NCBI GenBank assembly: GCA_003660975.1
Contig: QMVG01000002.1
Location: forward strand, 93,848 to 117,847
Reading direction: 5' to 3'
Length of the DNA stretch: 24,000 nt
Source: Candidatus Micrarchaeota archaeon
Lineage (GTDB): Archaea; B1Sed10-29; B47-G15
Part shown: in pieces, positions 8,428 to 15,983 of the stretch
Layout: each line of letters starts with the position of its first letter
Numbering within the stretch: position 1 is the stretch's first letter
Position numbers and translations under genes: made by a program
The notes under the pieces: model-generated
Told to the model about the DNA's origin: nothing
The model's database searches: none
The model's input: only the letters and a program-made list of their open reading frames with translations

Positions 8428-9060
8428 ATGGTTGAGTATACAAAGGAGCAGCAGCAAATAGCTCGTTCTTTGCTTAAAGGTCCGAAAACAATAGAGGAAT
8501 TGAGAAAGGACCTTAACATGCCTACAGATGAGATATTAAAACATCTTAAAGAACTAATAAAGCTAAAGGTTGTGGAAAAAAGTGGCTTCCCAACCAAATA
8601 CAAGCTTCTGGATGTAATTGTTAACAGGGTGAAATCAGGAAAAGAGAGCCGCCTAAGCGATTACCCTTATGAGGTGCTAATGATAATAGAAGGCATGAGC
8701 AGTGATAAGGAAGCTCTTGAAAAGCAGATGCAGATGCTAAAGGAGAAAATAGAATCAGAGAAAGGCATTGACATAATAAAGCTGAACTTGGCAGATGTCG
8801 TAAAAAATGAGAATAACTTCACTACGTTTATCAGCCTGCAGTTCGGCTGTGAGACATTTGCCGATTTGATTAGGATGATTATACAATATGGCCCTTCCAG
8901 CGTTGAAATTCTAGCTCCGCAAGAAGCTGAATTGTCAATAAGAGAAATGCAGGAAATTTCAAATGACGTGATGTCTGCTGTCCATTACTACATCACACTT
9001 ATAGTTCAACTCAAGCAGGCCATGGGGAAAATGGCAGAAGGAGGGCATTTAAACAAATGA
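8428..9060 (+). CDS. Winged-helix (ArsR/TrmB-like) transcriptional regulator-like protein
   Basis: EYTKEQQQIARSLLKGPKTIEELRKDLNMPTDEILKHLKELIKLKVVEKSGFPTKYKLLD reads as a wHTH; C-terminal region unassigned. ATG 8428 preferred over the tracked 8386: TATA-like 'gcttatata' lies about 30 nt upstream. Confidence 0.65.
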   Translation: MVEYTKEQQQIARSLLKGPKTIEELRKDLNMPTDEILKHLKELIKLKVVEKSGFPTKYKLLDVIVNRVKSGKESRLSDYPYEVLMIIEGMSSDKEALEKQMQMLKEKIESEKGIDIIKLNLADVVKNENNFTTFISLQFGCETFADLIRMIIQYGPSSVEILAPQEAELSIREMQEISNDVMSAVHYYITLIVQLKQAMGKMAEGGHLNK

Positions 9061-9099
9061 CGAAGTTGTGCCTGACGTTATCTGAAAACCGCACCACAA

Positions 9100-9110
9100 T
9101 ATTTATAAAC
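9100..9110 (+). promoter_or_regulatory. Putative strong TATA box/promoter for S-layer gene
   Basis: 'accacaatatttataaacc': BRE/TATA-like element about 105 nt upstream of ATG 9209, giving a predicted leader of about 75-80 nt; SD-like GAGGTGA at 9195-9201. Confidence 0.6.
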
Positions 9111-9163
9111 CCTATCAATATCATTTAATCCACAGATATGGTGGGATAGCCATGTCTGTTGAT

Positions 9164-9184
9164 AACAAAGAATAAATCTTTGTT
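9164..9184 (+). promoter_or_regulatory. Perfect 8-bp hairpin in the predicted S-layer mRNA leader
   Basis: AACAAAGA (9164-9171), loop ATAAA, TCTTTGTT (9177-9184): perfect inverted repeat, seen directly. Confidence 0.6.
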
Positions 9185-9208
9185 CGATAAAAACGAGGTG
9201 AAGAAAGC

Positions 9209-11899
9209 ATGAGAAGTTTGAATTTAAAGAGGGTGGCGGCCATCGCAGCTGGAGCTGCAATGGTTGGTAGCACACTTGCTACTGGTTTGGCTGCAGTAAA
9301 CACCCAAGGTGACGTCACAAGCTTTGTACAGAACGTCAAAGCAAACCTAGACGACGTGGAGATCGTCGTCGGAACGAACGGAGCTGCAATCAGTGACGGA
9401 ATACAGGCAGCTAAGTTAGCAGCTGTTCTTGCAACCCTCAACTTTGAGGAAGCAACTGACGTAGCAGCAGTACCTGACACATCAGGAGTAACAATCGGCG
9501 AGAAGTCAGTAAAGGTCTCAACATCAACAGGAGGAACAATAGTACAGCCATCAGAGGTAGAGTTCCCAATAGTCTACCCAGCAGTAGTGGATTACTCCTC
9601 AAGCGTAAGTTATTCTACCGGTTCAAAACCAGCAACCTTGACGCCAGATGTCCTCCCAGGTGTTCTGACCAGGTCAACATTTGAGACAATAACATCAGGA
9701 GGAACAACTGTTGACAGGATGCTTGAGGAGCAGATAGTGATAGACAGCGGCAATGTCAAGTACGCAGAGGACACAGACCCAGACGGACACGGGCTGTACT
9801 GGAACCTCGGAGGCAAGGACCACATCCACTACAAGCTCGACTTTACGAAGAGCGGAAATGGTCTGCCAACAGGTTCTGGCAACTACTCAGAAACGCCTGA
9901 GATAACACTTCTGGGACACACCTATGGAATAAACACAAGAAAGCTAGCTGACAATGTATTTGAGCTCTACGCAGGAGACAAGATAACACTGACATCAGGA
10001 GATGAGTACGAGACAGCAGACGGTTACACAATAAAAGTCAACTTAGTGAGCCAAATAACTAGTGAAAGCACCACACGTGGAAAGGTCTCCTTGACCGTGA
10101 CATCTCCTGACGGAGACGAGCAGACAAGAAGCATCCAGGAAGGAAACTCATACGAGTTCTTCGGAGGAGCAGTCACAATAACAGTTGACAGCGCAGCAAC
10201 AGGTTTCACTCAGGAGAACGTCCAGACAGGAGTTGCAACCCTTAGGATCGGAACAGGCTCATTGAAGTTTGAGAAAGGAGATCCATTCCCACTTGACCCT
10301 GCCTGGAAGGTCAAGGACATAACCTGGAGCTCTGGATACCTGCAGTCAATAGACATAACATACGGAAACCCAGACGGAGAAACATACTTTGAGAAGGGAG
10401 ACTTCCAGGGAGATGTGAAGCACGGGCTTGCGCAGGGAGTAATCGTGCCAGGTCCAAAGGACGCAGACGGAAAATCCCTGTTCAACATCCAGCTTGCAGG
10501 CTTTGGAGGTTCAACCCAGATAGACACAACAACACTTGAGTTTGAGGGAGACGGCAGCGACTCAGATGCTGTAATGCACGTGACATGGGTTGACCCAGAC
10601 GGCTTGACAAATGTGCTGGATGCCAGCAAGGACGAATTGGCTCCATTCCACAAACTAGTTGCTGGTTCAAATGAGACATTGAACGCGACAACAGAGGCCA
10701 ACTACTTCATAGTGAACGACAAGCTATTTGTCTTCAAGGGATGGACAACAGAGGGGCTTCCAACGCATTTCGTAAAGCCAAGGTTCGCAATAGGCTCAGC
10801 AACAGGTCCTGTAATTGAGGGAGACCCTGTTGACATGTCAAAGGCATCACCAACAGGACACTTCAAGTACACATCAGGAGCTTCAGCAACAGGAGGCAAC
10901 ATAGACTGTACATTCACGTACTACAGCAATGCCTCAAAGGACGATGGCTGGATACACATAGCATACGATGCCGCAACATGTGACATAATACCTGACCAAG
11001 TGAACGCAGGAATGGAAGCAGTAATGGACCAAGCAGCTCAGAGCGGTACGCCTGTAACAATGGACCTCAGGTATGTGAGGGGCGCAAAGCTGAACGCCTC
11101 AAGCGAGACCAATGTGGATGGAAAGACATTCCCTGTTGTGTTGCTCTGGGAGGCGAACCAGACATACCCAGGAGCTGACAGGCCAATTGTTATAATGTAT
11201 GACGGCTCAACAACAACTGGTTTCAGCAAGGATTACACAGGCATACTGGCAGGAATTCCAACAAACATAACCCTCTTAGGAAATGGAGCTAAGGGAGGAG
11301 CAGTCCTGAACATGTCAGAGTACACAGACAACAAGCTGGTTGACACACCTGCAAACAGTGCCTCAACAAGCAGCACAATACAAAACAAATACCACATAAC
11401 AGCCTACAGCTCTGAGTTGTCTGCGGATGGAAACAAGTTGACAATTGTCGTGCCAGAGGCCGCAAGGTCAGCTGTTGTGAAGGTGGCCAAGACCATTGAG
11501 GAAACAGAAGGCGAGGAAGGACAGGCATACTACACGCTGTCTGAGGGAGATTCAATCAGCGGCGTGACAATAGAAGAGATCAACGCAGAGATAACTGGTC
11601 TGGACAGCATCACCTGCGGTGCAGCTGAGGGAACACTCTACTCCAAGAAGACTGCACTTGACCCAACAGCTCTGGTGACGACGGACACAGCCGCAACAGC
11701 AACATACCAGATTGTTGTTGGAGGTCCATTTGTCAACAAGTTGGCACAGGCCATTGACACAACTGGACTGACAACGACAGGAGCTGGTGCACAGTACCTC
11801 ATCGCAACAGATGATGGTACAAAGTTGCTGGCTGCTGGTTACACAGCAAGCGACACTGCGGCTGCAGTTGACGAGTTAATCCGTCTGTTGCAAGGATAA
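9209..11899 (+). CDS. Major S-layer protein precursor (896 aa)
   Basis: Signal peptide RVAAIAAGAAMVGSTLATGLA; archaeal S-layer N-terminus VVGTNGAAISDGIQAAKLAAVLATLNF; C-terminal IVVGGPFVNKLAQA...IATDDGTKLLAAGYTASDTAAAVDELIRLL; acidic, Thr/Ser-rich, at least 8 NXS/T sequons; codon usage distinct from neighbours. Confidence 0.9.
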   Translation: MRSLNLKRVAAIAAGAAMVGSTLATGLAAVNTQGDVTSFVQNVKANLDDVEIVVGTNGAAISDGIQAAKLAAVLATLNFEEATDVAAVPDTSGVTIGEKSVKVSTSTGGTIVQPSEVEFPIVYPAVVDYSSSVSYSTGSKPATLTPDVLPGVLTRSTFETITSGGTTVDRMLEEQIVIDSGNVKYAEDTDPDGHGLYWNLGGKDHIHYKLDFTKSGNGLPTGSGNYSETPEITLLGHTYGINTRKLADNVFELYAGDKITLTSGDEYETADGYTIKVNLVSQITSESTTRGKVSLTVTSPDGDEQTRSIQEGNSYEFFGGAVTITVDSAATGFTQENVQTGVATLRIGTGSLKFEKGDPFPLDPAWKVKDITWSSGYLQSIDITYGNPDGETYFEKGDFQGDVKHGLAQGVIVPGPKDADGKSLFNIQLAGFGGSTQIDTTTLEFEGDGSDSDAVMHVTWVDPDGLTNVLDASKDELAPFHKLVAGSNETLNATTEANYFIVNDKLFVFKGWTTEGLPTHFVKPRFAIGSATGPVIEGDPVDMSKASPTGHFKYTSGASATGGNIDCTFTYYSNASKDDGWIHIAYDAATCDIIPDQVNAGMEAVMDQAAQSGTPVTMDLRYVRGAKLNASSETNVDGKTFPVVLLWEANQTYPGADRPIVIMYDGSTTTGFSKDYTGILAGIPTNITLLGNGAKGGAVLNMSEYTDNKLVDTPANSASTSSTIQNKYHITAYSSELSADGNKLTIVVPEAARSAVVKVAKTIEETEGEEGQAYYTLSEGDSISGVTIEEINAEITGLDSITCGAAEGTLYSKKTALDPTALVTTDTAATATYQIVVGGPFVNKLAQAIDTTGLTTTGAGAQYLIATDDGTKLLAAGYTASDTAAAVDELIRLLQG

Positions 11900-11913
11900 G
11901 GGCTCTAACCCCC

Positions 11914-11935
11914 TTTTCCCTTATTTTTGTTTTTA
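11914..11935 (+). terminator. T-rich putative transcription terminator after S-layer gene
   Basis: 'ttttcccttatttttgttttt' 15-36 nt after the S-layer stop; consistent with archaeal U-tract termination. Confidence 0.5.
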
Positions 11936-11990
11936 CAAAGCTCTGAGCGTTAGCTCTGTTTAAATATAAGAAAAATGTTAAGTGATAACT

Positions 11991-12548
11991 ATGAAAAAAA
12001 GGACTAAAGCAGGATCAAAAAAGCAAGCGCAGTGGAAATACGGCCTTATCACCGTAATTGCAATTATCATTATTGCCTCAATAATCCTTTTAAGCTCCTC
12101 GCCTGTTAGCAGGTATAGGATAGGAAACACTGATGCTTACATCGTAGGCCATGATGCAGTAAACAGAATAAAACAGCTTCTGGAAGAATCCTCTCGCGTA
12201 ATTATTATAGCAGAAGGAGACAACCACACAACCCAAACAACCGGCTTTATATCATCTGCAGTAACATATCTTGCGAGGGACTTTCCGAAGCGACTAAATA
12301 GCTCAGACATCTATGGCATAGAGTATTACGGGGGCAGGGCCATTGGTTGCATAGGAGAGAATGCAAGCCTGGACTTTTGCCTCAATTTCAAGCCCTCTGA
12401 TAAGGAACTGCTCATAAAAATTAAATACCCAAATTACAGCGAGAACAATATTTTAGTTTACGATAACACCATTGAGTTCAGAGGCAAGTCAGGAGCAGAT
12501 ACCCTATCTCTTGTGAAAGCTTTTGAACAGCTCTTCCTAGGGAAGTGA
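11991..12548 (+). CDS. N-terminally membrane-anchored extracellular protein, possible S-layer-like domain
   Basis: Basic N-terminus plus TM (YGLITVIAIIIIASIILLSS), followed by DAYIVGHDAVNRIKQLLEES...FRGKSGADTLSLVKAFEQLFLGK. GTG 11982 or ATG 11991 start; 'ttaaatata' about 30 nt upstream suggests a near-leaderless transcript. Confidence 0.6.
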   Translation: MKKRTKAGSKKQAQWKYGLITVIAIIIIASIILLSSSPVSRYRIGNTDAYIVGHDAVNRIKQLLEESSRVIIIAEGDNHTTQTTGFISSAVTYLARDFPKRLNSSDIYGIEYYGGRAIGCIGENASLDFCLNFKPSDKELLIKIKYPNYSENNILVYDNTIEFRGKSGADTLSLVKAFEQLFLGK

Positions 12549-12552
12549 TTTT

Positions 12553-13461
12553 TTGAGATTGAACGTCCTGTGGTTTACACTATCTCTTGTGCTTATTTTT
12601 CTTTTGTATGAGCTCAGCGGCGCAAAAGTGCAAGGAATTAACCTTGCATACTTCTCCCTTTCTTCATTGCTTTTTCTCGCATCAACCTTTTTTTGGGCCT
12701 TAGCCTGGATCTATGTTATGAAAGCACCAACAAGAAAAGCACTTATTATACACCTAAGGTCTCTGGCAGGTGTTTTTGCTCCTATGGGTCTTGGAGCTGA
12801 CATGCTCAGAAGCTTTTGGGCATCAAAAGAAAAAGGAATGAAACCAGACAGGGCTTTGGCTTGCAGTTTGATAGTTAAGTTTTTCAAGTTTATTTTAATG
12901 TTCCTACTTTTACTGTTCAGCGTAATTGCCCTGAGCAGCCGTTCATATGATTTCCCTCAATACGTGTTCATCTTTATAAGCATGCTTTTCTCTGCTCTCA
13001 TAGGTCTTTTGATAATTATCCTGCTGAGGTCAAGAAAAACAATTGCATTTATCCACCATTTCATTAGGAAGTTATTCTTATGGCGCTTTCATGAGGAGCT
13101 TAACCTTAACTTTGACAGGTTGAGGTTGAGAGACATTGCCTTTATAATCATTGTGCTTATGCTGTCTGTTGTTTTTGAGATAGGGGCTGCCTGGGCTGCT
13201 TTCTTGTCCGTTTCTCAAGAGCTTCCTCTGCTACATATCATTATATTTTCCAGCGTTGCTTCCTCTCTTGCGCTGATAACCGTGTCGCCACAGGGGCTCG
13301 GATTCGTTGAGGCAGGCTCTTACTTTCTTCTGTCAATGGGCTACTTTTCGCTTTCAAGAGTGGTTATAGGCAATGTTTTAATAGTATGGAACATAGTAAG
13401 ATTATGGATTCCCAGCATTGTGGGTCTATTTGCTTCACTTGTAAAGAGGTCTGATAGATGA
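12553..13461 (+). CDS. Lysylphosphatidylglycerol synthase TM region / flippase-like (TIGR00374-type) integral membrane protein
   Basis: Multiple TM helices with AWIYVMKAPTRKALIIHLRSLAGVFAPMGLGADMLRSFW and SPQGLGFVEAGSYFLL, typical of the LPG_synthase_TM family. TTG start. Confidence 0.78.
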   Translation: MRLNVLWFTLSLVLIFLLYELSGAKVQGINLAYFSLSSLLFLASTFFWALAWIYVMKAPTRKALIIHLRSLAGVFAPMGLGADMLRSFWASKEKGMKPDRALACSLIVKFFKFILMFLLLLFSVIALSSRSYDFPQYVFIFISMLFSALIGLLIIILLRSRKTIAFIHHFIRKLFLWRFHEELNLNFDRLRLRDIAFIIIVLMLSVVFEIGAAWAAFLSVSQELPLLHIIIFSSVASSLALITVSPQGLGFVEAGSYFLLSMGYFSLSRVVIGNVLIVWNIVRLWIPSIVGLFASLVKRSDR

Positions 13462-14141
13462 TAACAGTTGTGATGCCTGCGTTTAATGAAGCCGAGAAAG
13501 GCATTGAAAATAACTTGAAAGAGCTGTGCAGGTTAAAAGAAGTTGACGAGATTGTTGTTGTTAATGACGGAAGCAGCGATGACACAGCCAAAATCGTCCA
13601 AAGCATTGCTAGAAGAAACAGGAAAGTTAAGTTAGTGAACCATGAGAGAAACAAAGGAAAAGGAGAAGCCATGAGGACAGGTGTTAAAAATGCTAGGGGA
13701 GACCTTATTGTTTTCATTGACGCCTCACAGTTTAGTATTTCAGACATTCCAAAGGTAGTAAAGAAAGCGAAAAATTATGACATAGTGATCGGCATTAGGG
13801 ACTTCAGCAAGATACCTCTGCTCAGAAGAATAAATAACCTCCTATCAAGGCTCGCTGTTTTCATAGCAACAGGCAGACATATCAGCGACAGCATAAGTGG
13901 CTTTAGGGCAATAAGAAAAAAAGACTTCATTGCACTTGATACTAAGGAAAGGGGCTATGCAATAGAAATAGAGATGAACTTCAAGGCATTAAGCAGGGGG
14001 ATGACTGTAGGTGAAGTTCCGGTTAAGGTCTACTACGAAAAAGAGTCCTCTTTACCCACATTGGGCTCTTTAAAGAGATCCGTATACGAGTCCTGCTTTA
14101 CTGTGCTTGGTGTGTTTAGGACCTGGCTTGGGCTGTGGTGA
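13458..14141 (+). CDS. Family 2 glycosyltransferase (polyprenyl-phosphate sugar synthase-like)
   Basis: MITVVMPAFNEAEKGIENNLKEL...EIVVVNDGSSDDTAKI...NHERNKGKGEAMRTGVKNARGDLIVFIDAS...SDSISGFRAIRK; GT2/DPM1-like architecture without C-terminal TMs. Confidence 0.88.
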   Translation: MITVVMPAFNEAEKGIENNLKELCRLKEVDEIVVVNDGSSDDTAKIVQSIARRNRKVKLVNHERNKGKGEAMRTGVKNARGDLIVFIDASQFSISDIPKVVKKAKNYDIVIGIRDFSKIPLLRRINNLLSRLAVFIATGRHISDSISGFRAIRKKDFIALDTKERGYAIEIEMNFKALSRGMTVGEVPVKVYYEKESSLPTLGSLKRSVYESCFTVLGVFRTWLGLW

Positions 14142-14142
14142 T

Positions 14143-14559
14143 ATGGTAAGGAAATATTATACATTCAAACAGTTCAGGGAAATGCTTTTTGTAATTACCA
14201 TAATCCTTATATCTTTGCTGGCCATTTTACTTTCTTTGATTTCACCATACAAGCAGGAAGCAACTGTTTATGAACTTTGGCTGTCTAATTATTCTTCAAC
14301 AGTAGAGAAAGGCGAGAACATAACTTTTTTCATAAACAGCAACAGCGAGAGCAACAAGTTGTTTTCAATTGCCATATATTTTGACAGTAAATTGAAGGCA
14401 AATTTTCTGAGCACTTTGAACAAAAATAGTATAAAAGTAAACCTGCCAAACGACCTTGATAAAGGAAAGCACAGGATTTCTGTTGTGGTTTTTGATACCT
14501 CTACAGGAGATTGGTTTGGTCAAGGGCATCAGTTGTTCTATACGGTGAACGTCTTATGA
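14143..14559 (+). CDS. Small single-TM protein with extracellular beta domain (DUF1616-like?)
   Basis: One TM (LFVITIILISLLAILLSLISP) followed by ATVYELWLSNYSSTVEKGENITFFINSNSE...GKHRISVVVFDTSTGDWFGQGHQLFYTVNVL. ATG 14143 overlaps the GT2 stop; tracked start 14107 is inside GT2. Confidence 0.55.
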   Translation: MVRKYYTFKQFREMLFVITIILISLLAILLSLISPYKQEATVYELWLSNYSSTVEKGENITFFINSNSESNKLFSIAIYFDSKLKANFLSTLNKNSIKVNLPNDLDKGKHRISVVVFDTSTGDWFGQGHQLFYTVNVL

Positions 14560-15980
14560 AAAAGATAACAGTTTCATTGTTGCTTGCTTTGATATTCATT
14601 ACAGGGCTCGCATTAAGGCTAATGCCTGCGCTCAATTCAGAGCTTCCACTTAGGTTTGATTCTTACTATCACGCCCGTGTTGCAGAGTTGATAAATAGAG
14701 ACATGTCTATCCCATCTTGGGAACCATGGCCTTATGGTGGAAGGCCCCATGTATACCCTCCTGCCTATCCGCTGCTTTTGCTTTTTATTTCCAAGCTTTT
14801 TATGACAACTACTTTGAATGCAAGCAGGTTTGTACTTCCTTTCATAAGCTCTTTGATTGTTGTAGCAGCTTTTTACTTTGTTAGGTCATTTAAGTCAGAA
14901 AGGGCAGCATTGATAGCCAGTTTTCTGATTTCAGTTAACCCTTATCTTGTGTCATCATCATACGATTCTCCCCAAGTGATAGGGATACTCCTTCTTATTA
15001 TCGCAGTGTATTTTGTTTTCAAAAAAGAATTTTTTAAAGCATCCATCTTGCTAGCATCAGTTTTTTTCTTTAATCCATTTAGCTTAGTTATGTTCTCAGT
15101 TCCGCTTTTTGCCTATCTGTTGATAAGGGACAAAACACTCAACACTGCAAAGACATTCTCATTACCTATAATCACCTCCATTCTCTGGCTGCTTTTAAAT
15201 TTCAACGCTACGTCCTGCTATAACAATTGGATAGGGCCTTTATTCATAATGAAAAAAATAAACCCCTGGATAAATTTCGCTACACCTATATTCATATTTC
15301 TTCCAATTATAGCCTTTGTTATGATTAAAGACCTTAAGGACAAGTTCAGGTTTTTCTGGTTTATCTCTTCAATTGTTTTTGTGGCAGTATTCATGCTTCA
15401 TTTTATTACTCCTATTTTCCATCCTTGGAGGGCAGATGTTTATCTAATGCTTGCCCTCTCTTTTCTGTTTTCCGATTCTTTGTCAAGCCTAAACTGGAAA
15501 AACCTATTTCTGTTCATAACACTCTCAATGATAAGCCTTGCCTCCCTTTTCTCTGTTTTCCTAGCATCTCCCTTGATGATGCCCCCCCTCACACAGAACG
15601 AGTACAAACTGGTTGATTTTATCAGCAAAAACAATAAGGGGCTGCCGATATTGGCAAATCATGACATGTGCTCAAATATTCTAACCTTGACAAATAAAAG
15701 CTGTCTCTTGGACTTGAACTTTGAGTGCATACCAAATGCAACGAGTTGGTACGACTACGAACAGTTCTTCTGGGTAGCAAGCAGGCAGGAGATGAGAGAC
15801 ATTATAAATAGGAATCCAGATATATCCTATATTGCATACTCCTCAGGAGATTGGGGAAGGCAGTTCTTGGAATCTATGGATGTTGACAAGGTATATTCAG
15901 CGTGGACTGATTCGTCCAGAGATGCGAGCCTGTATAAGGTTAACAGAATTAAAGGCAATATAACGTATATGGAGGGCTGA
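14556..15980 (+). CDS. STT3/AglB-like GT-C fold membrane glycosyltransferase (paralog 1)
   Basis: Polytopic; first loop LPLRFDSYYHARVAELIN...WEPWPYGGRPHVYPPAYPLLL is STT3/GT-C-like. ATG 14556 gives an ATGA overlap with the previous gene; tracked start 14511 is too early. Confidence 0.7.
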   Translation: MKKITVSLLLALIFITGLALRLMPALNSELPLRFDSYYHARVAELINRDMSIPSWEPWPYGGRPHVYPPAYPLLLLFISKLFMTTTLNASRFVLPFISSLIVVAAFYFVRSFKSERAALIASFLISVNPYLVSSSYDSPQVIGILLLIIAVYFVFKKEFFKASILLASVFFFNPFSLVMFSVPLFAYLLIRDKTLNTAKTFSLPIITSILWLLLNFNATSCYNNWIGPLFIMKKINPWINFATPIFIFLPIIAFVMIKDLKDKFRFFWFISSIVFVAVFMLHFITPIFHPWRADVYLMLALSFLFSDSLSSLNWKNLFLFITLSMISLASLFSVFLASPLMMPPLTQNEYKLVDFISKNNKGLPILANHDMCSNILTLTNKSCLLDLNFECIPNATSWYDYEQFFWVASRQEMRDIINRNPDISYIAYSSGDWGRQFLESMDVDKVYSAWTDSSRDASLYKVNRIKGNITYMEG

Positions 15981-15983
15981 GAA

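Noticed and set aside
9078-11555. Series of long antisense ORFs opposite the S-layer gene (e.g. 9121-9480, 9610-9825, 10210-10701)
   Set aside because: The high-bias codon usage of the S-layer gene leaves complementary frames open. Translations are Ser/Pro/Cys-rich without recognisable motifs or start contexts.
11936-11960. Short direct repeat AGCTCTG...AGCTCTG with GAGC/GCTC mini-palindrome after the S-layer terminator
   Set aside because: Only 7 nt and 4-bp elements; expected by chance and not clearly part of a terminator hairpin.
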